DNA from: Octopus bimaculoides
Taxonomy: Eukaryota
Length of the DNA: 64,000 nt
Assembly (NCBI RefSeq): GCF_001194135.2
Contig: NC_068983.1
Coordinates: 167,401,118 to 167,465,117, forward strand
Direction: 5' to 3'
Under the pieces are notes generated by a model that was not told the origin of the DNA, made no database searches, and was given only the letters and a program-made list of their open reading frames with translations. Below are positions 40,273-48,900 of this stretch, in pieces (position 1 is the first letter of the stretch; every line of letters starts with the position of its first letter). The translations under genes were made by a program, and so were the position numbers.

Positions 40273-42684
40273 TTACTTCTTCCGACCACCTCTTTCTTTG
40301 AGTTGCAAGTTGATACTTGCTCCATGGGGAAGATTGTAAAAGGCCAAAGTGTTGGAATCTTTGACAAAGATACCTTCATACTGTAATTTCTGCTTACCAG
40401 CAGGAATACTGAGTGCTTCGTTAAGTTTCGCTTTAATTACAGACACTGAATCAGTAAGTGGTAAAGTAAAGTTCAGCACTTGACCATTGAGATTCCATTC
40501 AGGTTTATCTGGAACGTTTGGCACCAAAACCTTGACCAAAATTGGGTTCTTGTGTGTTCGCAAATATTCTTCTTCTGAAACGAGAGATTCTTCAGTTTTC
40601 TGTCGCTTTGATTGGGTTGGTTGATCATCTTCCTTTGGTGGTGGGGGAGGAACACTGAAATCTGATGTTGAAACTGGTAGTTGTGGCACCGGTGGTTGTG
40701 GGGGACGTTGTGAAATGCCCAAGACATTTCCAAGTGCAGTTGGTGGTGGTCGAGGTGGAAGAATCACCATACTCTGAGGCACGGGGGGACGGGGCATTGG
40801 TGGCATCGGAGGTGCTGGTTGTACAGGAGGTGGTGGTGGGGGCTGTATCTTCATAATATTTGGAGAAATAGTAGTGGTAGATATAGGTGCTGGTGGCATT
40901 GGTTTGGGTATTGGGTGTTGCATAGGTGGATGTATTGGTTTTGATGGTTTGGGCATGGCTGGACCAATTTTCTCCTTCTCTTCATCAGGTACTAAACCCT
41001 TCACTTTATGAATAACAGCAATCTGTTCTTCAATGGTGATATTCTCTCGAGCTTTCTGTGTTACTTTCTCCATCGAAGCTGTGTGTCCATCCCAAACGAC
41101 TTTCTTCTCTTTTTTCTCTTCTTCCCCGATCTTTTTACCAATCTGAGTTTCTTCAGCACCAATACCGAAAATATCAGTACGGCGTTCAGCCAGTTGCCTC
41201 AAACTGCTACCAATGGCCAAACCAGGAGCATAAACTTCTTCTTGCTCTCGCTTTTCAGCAATTGAACGATTGCGTTCTTCAATCCACTTGCGGTCAAGCA
41301 AACCAATTCGCATGTGTTCAGGGACTTTATGAGTAGGAATTTTTTCACCGGTGATCGGAGACACCATGAAAGAGTCAGGATTGGGTTCTGTGCTGATTGT
41401 TCGGGCCTTAGGGTTGTAATCCTTACGTACGATAACTTGATCAGGGGTTGGTGGTAAAGGAGGTGGGGGTTGAGGAATGTCACTCGGCGGCGGCGGCGGC
41501 GGCGGAGGTTGAGGAGTGGTCACCTTTTCTATTTTTCTTTCTTCGTCCATCTCATCGTCATCTGAACCTTCGTCCATGTCCAGCACCTGGTTATTGTCAG
41601 AAGGTGGAGGAGGACGTAACTGCGGAGGTATGGGTAGTGGAGGAGGAATAATAGAAGAATGCTTGTTTTTATCATGAACATCTTTTTGTGATTTACCCCC
41701 TTTATCTAGAATTATGTCATCGCTATCCTCTTCATCTGATTCCACTTCCATCGCAACGTCGTTGGTGTTCTCTCCTTTTTCGTAACGTTCCTGTTGGATG
41801 ACACGAGCCCCAACTTCTTCCGGGGTTGTCGGAGAAGGGAGATTGCCCACCTCACTTGCTTGGAAATCAACGGTTTCCACCACCACAAAATCATGCCAAT
41901 CAATCTGGGCATAAGCTATACGTTCTTTTTCCAAAGCATCTTCCTCTTTCCGTCGCTCCCGTTCTTGGTACTTGGCCCACTCAACACGATATTTGACTTG
42001 TTCTAAAATGTGTTTGCTGACTTGAGACTCTTTCTTCAGCTTGTTGCCAAGGTCTTTGGGTGGAATTAAAATTTTGGTATATTGTTCAACTAGTTTAGTA
42101 AAATAATTGAAAAGACTATGTTGCGGTCTGAGGAAATCAAATTGGTAATTCCTCTGTTCACGATTCATTAGGTTTGTTAAAAACTGACGACCGTTACGGG
42201 CCACAAATTGAGCGGTTAACTTCACGACATCCAGATCAAAAGCCGAGATCGATGGAGGATCAGCAGTAAATTCAAACTCCGCAGGAGGTTCATTAGGGAT
42301 AATTGGTTCTATATTTTTTATAGGTTCGCTCATAGGCTTCAGGGCCATCGCCGCAGTAATAATCTTACTAACAGTCGGCTCTTGGCCTTTGCCATCTTTG
42401 AATTCTTTAACTTTATGCTGATAGTATGCATGGTAGGGATCGGCAGGATTCAAAAAGTTAAACTTTGGGTTATTTACCTCGTTTTGTCTGATCCGACTTT
42501 CGAATTCAGGTCCATTTCGTGCCACAAAACTTGCAGTCTTGTCAACAATGTTTCTCACTTCTGGTGGAGGATAGATAATACCGATTACAGGACGTGTATA
42601 AGTTTTTTCTTCTTCAGATTTCTCCTCCGGTCCAGGTACTGAGTCTGGAAGCGGTAAGCCTTCTGCTTCCACGGCTGGAGCCAT
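40273..42684 (-). CDS. SF3A1: Splicing factor 3A subunit 1 (SF3a120/Prp21), single coding exon, 803 aa
   Basis: Uninterrupted ORF. SURP1 (IIYPPPEVRNIVDKTASFVARNGPEFE), SURP2 (LDVVKLTAQFVARNGRQFL), Prp21 region (AYAQIDWHDFVVVETVDF), SPITGEKIP..EHMRIGLLD, Pro-rich tract, C-terminal ubiquitin-like domain ending LKERGGRKK. The ORF track start at 42693 is a GTG; the first ATG is 42684. Confidence 0.98.
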   Translation of the reverse strand: MAPAVEAEGLPLPDSVPGPEEKSEEEKTYTRPVIGIIYPPPEVRNIVDKTASFVARNGPEFESRIRQNEVNNPKFNFLNPADPYHAYYQHKVKEFKDGKGQEPTVSKIITAAMALKPMSEPIKNIEPIIPNEPPAEFEFTADPPSISAFDLDVVKLTAQFVARNGRQFLTNLMNREQRNYQFDFLRPQHSLFNYFTKLVEQYTKILIPPKDLGNKLKKESQVSKHILEQVKYRVEWAKYQERERRKEEDALEKERIAYAQIDWHDFVVVETVDFQASEVGNLPSPTTPEEVGARVIQQERYEKGENTNDVAMEVESDEEDSDDIILDKGGKSQKDVHDKNKHSSIIPPPLPIPPQLRPPPPSDNNQVLDMDEGSDDDEMDEERKIEKVTTPQPPPPPPPPSDIPQPPPPLPPTPDQVIVRKDYNPKARTISTEPNPDSFMVSPITGEKIPTHKVPEHMRIGLLDRKWIEERNRSIAEKREQEEVYAPGLAIGSSLRQLAERRTDIFGIGAEETQIGKKIGEEEKKEKKVVWDGHTASMEKVTQKARENITIEEQIAVIHKVKGLVPDEEKEKIGPAMPKPSKPIHPPMQHPIPKPMPPAPISTTTISPNIMKIQPPPPPPVQPAPPMPPMPRPPVPQSMVILPPRPPPTALGNVLGISQRPPQPPVPQLPVSTSDFSVPPPPPKEDDQPTQSKRQKTEESLVSEEEYLRTHKNPILVKVLVPNVPDKPEWNLNGQVLNFTLPLTDSVSVIKAKLNEALSIPAGKQKLQYEGIFVKDSNTLAFYNLPHGASINLQLKERGGRKK

Positions 42685-42699
42685 TTTGGTCACAAAATA

Positions 42700-42783
42700 C
42701 TAAACAAGAAAACAATTTCCTATTTTATTTAAAGACGTCGATAAACACCAAACAAAATGGCGAGACTGGTTTAATACAATTAC
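42700..42783 (-). other. SF3A1: Predicted 84-nt 5'UTR intron of SF3A1
   Basis: Minus strand: GAG|GTAATT donor at 42783; ttttcttgtttag acceptor ending at 42700, 15 nt before the ATG. Confidence 0.6.
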
Positions 42784-42870
42784 CTCCCTTGTATACTTCA
42801 GAATTTCCTGTAGACGGCAGTATATAACTTCCGCCGAGCCCGTGTTTTCTCAACTGTAAGCCCCGAATCA

Positions 42871-42885
42871 CTCTCTTTCCCTGCC
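42871..42885 (+). promoter_or_regulatory. RPL13A: TCT initiator / 5'TOP tract of RPL13A
   Basis: CTCTCTTTCCCTGCC directly before CATCATG; standard for ribosomal protein genes. Confidence 0.8.
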
Positions 42886-42888
42886 ATC

Positions 42889-42906
42889 ATGGTGTTCCAA
42901 CGTCAG
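42889..42906 (+). CDS. RPL13A: RPL13A exon 1 (MVFQRQ)
   Basis: After TOP tract; CAG|GTTTGT. Confidence 0.85.
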
Positions 42907-45900
42907 GTTTGTTTTTAAGCTGCTCAATACTTACTTGTATAAGACAAATTTTACAGACAATTTTCTTCTTAAAATTTCGATGGTTAGCTCTGATTCATTA
43001 TACAGAACCATTTAAGAAGGTCATATTATGAAATCCTCTTTGCTAATTACAGTAAATCTTGCTTTAAACGGCTTCAGTCGTTAGCTGTTTGCCAAATCTT
43101 TGTAAAGATGGCTGAAATCCACGTGAACACATGTCTACGATTTTTTCCTCTTTTTCATGCAACTATTAAATTGTTTCTGAATTACTAAAGTGCTTTCGTC
43201 TCTCTATAACGAGATCATTCTCATTTTTGTAACTTTTCCCTTCCCTTGTAGCTATTTTATAAAACACTTTAATATGATTTTAAGAATTACTACATGTGCT
43301 TCACTTCACCATCGTTCATTCAGAAGTAGAATAACGTCTGATTTCGGTTTTATTGCAAACCATTTCAGTATTAAATTATTATAAGCTTTATTTAAGCCGA
43401 GTTTTCAAAATTTTAAGACATATTTCAAGGATGCTTATTTTAAAAAGAAGCAGAAAGGATTATATATTTTTTCTAAAATTAATAGAAATCCTATCCCGCC
43501 GTCATTTAATAAACCTCGTAGAGGCGTGTGACTATTAAATACTTTTAAAACATTGTTGCTTTATATTTTACTAATTATATTGTTAATTGTCTTTTCTACT
43601 GATATGGATTATCACAATTTTCTCGAAATTGGATAATTTATTTTTTTTGTCCTGGTCTGTCAATCTCTTAACGTGAGAAGTCCATCATCGTAGAAAGTCT
43701 TTAAAAATACTTGTGGTTGTATCGTAAGATTTATTTTTCTTTTCTTCAGCCCATCGTAATCGATGCCAGTGGGCATCTTTTGGGGCGTTTGTCAGCAGTC
43801 GTAGCGAAAAGTCTTTTGCAAGGTGAGTAGAAGGCACTGTTCCTAATCATTTTACTTTAAAATGTGATATTTTCCTTTCTAAGGATAATATCTCCTAAAG
43901 CCGTTTGTTACAATGACTTGATTCAAGACAAATTACTGAAAATTAAAAGGCCTAGTCCATTAAATCACGGGTTTGCGTTTTTGAAAACTCTTGCCGTAAC
44001 GTGAATTTTCGTAATGCGAAACGCACTTTCATATTTCGAGGGAGATGGGTTTCACATTAGCGGCATTTTCAGGAGAGCGTTGTTTGTATTCGTAATGCGA
44101 GGGATGAATGGTAAAAAAAAAAAAGTAGCATTTCGTTTTAGTAATGTTTTTTTTTTTTTTTTTTGGAAACCTCCAGTTGTAGAAATTTTTGATATCCCGC
44201 AGAGTTTTTCTTACGGAAAGTTTTCTACTTGGATATTTTAGGACAAAGAATGGTAATTGTCCGGTGCGAAGGTATCAATATTTCAGGCCATTTCCACAGA
44301 AATAAAAGTAAGTATTTTATTAATTTCGTACAATTTATTATGCATTTTATTTACTAACGTTGTTGCAGGATACATCTCACGAATGCTTTGGATGCGTCCT
44401 CACTGATATTACTTGCGGGATTTCGAGACATTCAATATCGGATCCCCATTGACCTAGCCGGGGTTGAGTCCCGGCTTTCATTCCAGCAGCAGCAAACCAT
44501 CAAACTGTTCCTTTTTTTTTATTCAAAGTTACCCAGTACCTTTTCGGCATCTTTGGTCATGGAATGTACAGCCCTTTTCTTTTGTTGCACCATGGGTCTC
44601 CCAAATCCCTCAGCTTTATCTTTTATTTGTTTCAGTTATTGGACTGTGGCCATGCTGGTGCACTGCCTTGTGTGTTAGTAAAATTAATTACAGATTAAAA
44701 ATTTTTTTTTTTGTAACAAGAATTGCCACAATTCTGGCACTATGGAGACTTCACAAATATCATTTTGTTTCTGTTCTTTGTCCTTGTTCAGTCGATCATT
44801 AATGGAGAGGGTTGTATTTGCCACACAAGTCTAAGGCCTCGTGGTTCAGTGGTTCATTATTTACTTGATGCTAGGATGTGAAATATCTTATCTCTATAAA
44901 TTTCAAGATAGTTTTAAGGTTCTACTGTTGATTTCATCTTAACATAATAAATTCCAGCAAAACGAGCCCCCTAAAATGACACGAGCGTCTCCTCTCTTTA
45001 CCACATATGAATGATCGGTCACCTAATTATTTTTTATCCAGACAGATAAGGTATTTGTTGAAATAGATTTTTGCCCATTATGATCTCCTTAATAGGAGCT
45101 GATATAAATTCGGAATGATTGATAGCTCTTGTCGCACTTTACTGAGTGAGTAAAAGAGATATACAGAGAGCGCACATACTAAGCTTGATGGCAGGCAATG
45201 AGTAAAAAAACAGTGTATGCAGAAAGAATCTAGACAGGAGGATGAGAGGGAGTAAATGAGTAGTTATGAGAAATTTATTTTATTTGAAGGTGATGGTTTT
45301 CTTTTGAAAACGGGTATTTCATTTTGTAAAAATTAAATTATAATTGTATGTTATGATTATGTAAGATTACCTATGGTGGCAAGAGTATAATTCCAAATTT
45401 ACCCTTATGACAGGCAACACTAANNNNNNNNNNTGTTAAAGGCTTGCCCTCAATTTCATTCTCTGTCAATTTCTTTTTCAGTGAAGTATTTAGATTATCT
45501 TCGAAAAAGATGTAATGTCAATCCCAGAAGAGGACCCTTCCATTTCAGGGCTCCCAGCAAAATTTTCTTTAGGACAGTCAGAGGTAAGATTGTTTTGGAA
45601 CATTCTCAATAAGTTTGGCAAAGTTGTTCTGGCCTATTGTCTGTGATGACCGTACACCGAATTGAATACAATAAATGAAAGTTCCAATTCATGCACTTCC
45701 AACTGAGACTATAAGGCCATTGTTCTGTTCTTGTTCTTAACCGCTATTTGGTGTGAGTGCTACAAATTAAAGTATCCAAAATTAATCAAATGTTCTATGA
45801 TTGTGGAAATGCCATCAAGCAATTCAGATAGTTTTGGTGTGTTTCAAACAAAACTTTTTCATGTTGGACAGTTACAAGACATTTCCTTCAGTCTGTTAGA

Positions 45901-48900
45901 AATAGACACTACTTCTCTCTGCTATTTAAATAAAGGAAGGATACTAGACACTAAGGATGATGTGATATCTTCGATAACCTCTAGAACCAAGTGTGGTCTC
46001 AGACAGGTGATATTTAAAGGGGTTAGCAGTGATTAGCATGTCTGAGCTTTTACAAATAGGAATAAGCTTTGCAATTGTACACCAGTCCTTTTCCAGCATA
46101 GCATAAGGTTTTTTTTTTTTCATATTTATATTGCATTCCATTACAGAACAAAATAATTATTCTGTTCCCAATTTTGCCTGTGGATTGTACACAAAGGGTT
46201 GCATAATTAACTAATGGATTCTCGCCAGTTGTCTTTGAGGATTCTATACCGACATGGATGTAGTTTTATAAGCATCTGTTAAATAAAAACAAAATTCTAA
46301 ACGTCTGAAAATTTCAGTTTATCGCTTACTATTCTCAGAAACTTATTTGATATTCAGTTGAGACATTAACTATTGTTAGAAGCTTCAATATTTGATGATG
46401 ATTTAGCATCCACTTTTCCATGCTCATCACATGTATTCAAGGCAAGTTTTCTACAACTGGGTATCCTTACCGTTGCCATTGTATGCTGGTGACATGATGA
46501 TGATTGAAAAAAAAAGGAAACAGTAGAATGCACACACACACATGCGCCGTGTGGTTGGCTTCTTTGTTTCCATCTACCAAATCCACTCAGAGAGCTTCGA
46601 TTATTCAGATGCTTTGGTAGAGGACATCTGTCCAAGGTGCCATGCATTGGGACTGAACCTGGAGTCATGCTATTTGGAAGCAAACTTCTTACCATGAAGC
46701 CATGCTAATTTTCACCAGTCAGTACTGACACTATTTTTCGTCAGGTTGACCATGGCAGGATTTGAGCTCCAGACCTAGTTGAAATAGTATTTTCTATCCA
46801 ACATTCCAATGCAGTGTTTCTCAACTGAGCTTCACTGGAACCCTAGGGTTCCGCAGGACACTGCTCTAAGGACTTTCTGAATTAAACACCTTAAACTCTG
46901 GCGATCAAGCATCAATTAATGTTCGTTTCCTAAGCTGACATGGATTGGCTTGACAGGATTTGGTTCCACTGTCAGTTTTGGCATAGTTTTCATGGCTGGA
47001 TGCCCTTCCTAAATGCCAACACATTGTTACAGTCTGTGCCACCAGAACTGGTGAGTTTGCCAAGTAAACTACAGTGTTTAGAATGGGGTGGGTGGGAAAG
47101 CCTCCATCGATTATGTAAAGGGTAGTATTTGTGGAGTGAGGGGCTTCTGAATGCTAAAGTTCATTTGACTTCCTTTTGTCATGTTCTGAATGTGTTCAAC
47201 TTGTTCTTTTTCTTTTGGCAATGCCCTGCTGATTGCTCTTAACACTGGCTACTTTTGTGAAAAATGCTGTTTCGGCCTCTTCTGTCTATGATGATCGTAC
47301 AGTCATGAAAGCAATGATTATTACACACATGCACTACCAACTGAGACTGGCCGAAATGCATTTTGCAAATGCCAAAGATTTTGTGTTGCTGGTACATTTA
47401 TTTCTTTTGACCTTCTTTGTTAGTCATTGGTTTATCATTATATCATTGTTTAACGGCCATTTTCAATGCTGGCATGGGTTGGACGGTTTCACTGAGGTCT
47501 GGAGAGCCAGATGGCTGCACCAGGCTCCAAACTGATCTGGCAACATTTCTACAGCTGGATGCCCTTCCTAATTAATGCCAACCACTCTGGGTGCTTTTTA
47601 TGTACCACCGGCACAGGGGCCAGTCAGGTGGGCCTGGCATTGATTACATTTGGATAGTGAGTCCGGGTACTGGCGTCAACCACTTTCGGATGGTGCCTTT
47701 TATATGCCATTGGCACGGATTTGGTTTTAGCTAGAAAGTAATAGAACAGGCACTGAGAGAATGAGCTGCTCTTAGCTTTTACATTTCTTCCATTATACAA
47801 CCCTATGTTGAAAGATGCTGCTTTCATTTCAATTAATTTTGAAAATAATGAAGAAATTAGTGAAATAGCTTTGTCGTTAAACTGGTGCTTGGACAGTAAA
47901 TTAACCTGAAATTTGGATGGCATATTACATTAAACAGTTTATATAAGAACTAAGAGGCTGTCTCAGGCAGATTAGCAAACTACAAATAGAAGTGATGTGG
48001 CTTTATGACTGAGTGATGTGTCTGTGTGTGCTGCAAATTGGTGCTCTGTTATATAGCGGGATAGAGTATAAGTTCCGTGTAATTATCAAGGTGTTTTGGC
48101 CTGTTGTCTATGATGATCATTCACCAAAAAAAAGTATTTAATGATTGTACATCTTCATGCACTTCCACCTGAGACTCAGGCCTAAAACCCTTGTTATTTT
48201 TTTGTCTTTGTTACAATTTATGTAAATTTTGTGATTTATCTAGTAAAAAAAAAAAAAAAGGACGTAGTTGTAACAGTGTGGGAGCAGTATTGTTTCTCCT
48301 TAAAAGTGGGTTTATTTGTTCAGCAGGTTGTGTGTTGAGGAAAGGAGTGTATTACCCAGGTTTTAAAATCTGTTTCTGTGAGGTAATACAATAAACCCTT
48401 TTGAGACCCTTCTGGATTTAAGGTGATGTAAAAGTTAACATCGGGATTTCATGTTTATCTTATGAAAACTAAAAGACAAAAGTTATTTTACTACATCTAC
48501 CAAATCAGATTGGAGCCTGGTGTAGCCATCTGGTTCGCCAGTCCTCAGTCAAACTGTCCAACCCATGCTAGCATGGAAGGTGGACGTTAAACGATGATGA
48601 TGAGTCTTCATTTTCAAAATTAAATAAACGAAACTGTATTTTGATGGAAATATGGTAAGAAAAGAGTGAATATTGTGGAGTATTTCAGCTACCATCTTTT
48701 TATCCATTTGGTTTGAGATTTTTATTTGTTCTCTCTCTGCCAAGACCATCAAGTGTTGTGGTTCTCATTTCTTGGAGAAAATGAACAAATTTGATGCCTG
48801 GGTGAGATTGGATTATAATGTTCCTCCACTTGACTGCTGCAAGTTAAAACCTGATGAGAGGGAATTGGCGAGGAGCTGCACAGCAACTCTGAGGTACAAG

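Larger units (their letters stand above)
42700..42890. promoter_or_regulatory. Bidirectional SF3A1/RPL13A promoter
   Basis: Divergent ATGs at 42684(-) and 42889(+). CpG-retaining. YY1-like CAAAATGGCG 42753-42762; ETS/GABP-like CGGAAGT (minus) 42827-42833; TCT/5'TOP CTCTCTTTCC 42871-42880. Confidence 0.8.

Noticed and set aside
42685-42693. MTK N-terminal extension of SF3A1 in the ORF track
   Set aside because: Begins at GTG; the first ATG (42684) has good AAAATGG context
40473-42827. Short ORFs overlapping SF3A1 on either strand
   Set aside because: Shadow frames of a GC/Pro-rich CDS
43270-43345. TTCACCATC resembling the U32A 28S guide, with a downstream CTGA
   Set aside because: Only 9 nt of complementarity, a poor C box, no terminal stem and the wrong spacing to a D/D' box
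45085-45145. ATGATC..CTGA..ATGATT..CTGA pattern in intron 3
   Set aside because: Non-consensus C box, no stem and no recognisable rRNA guide
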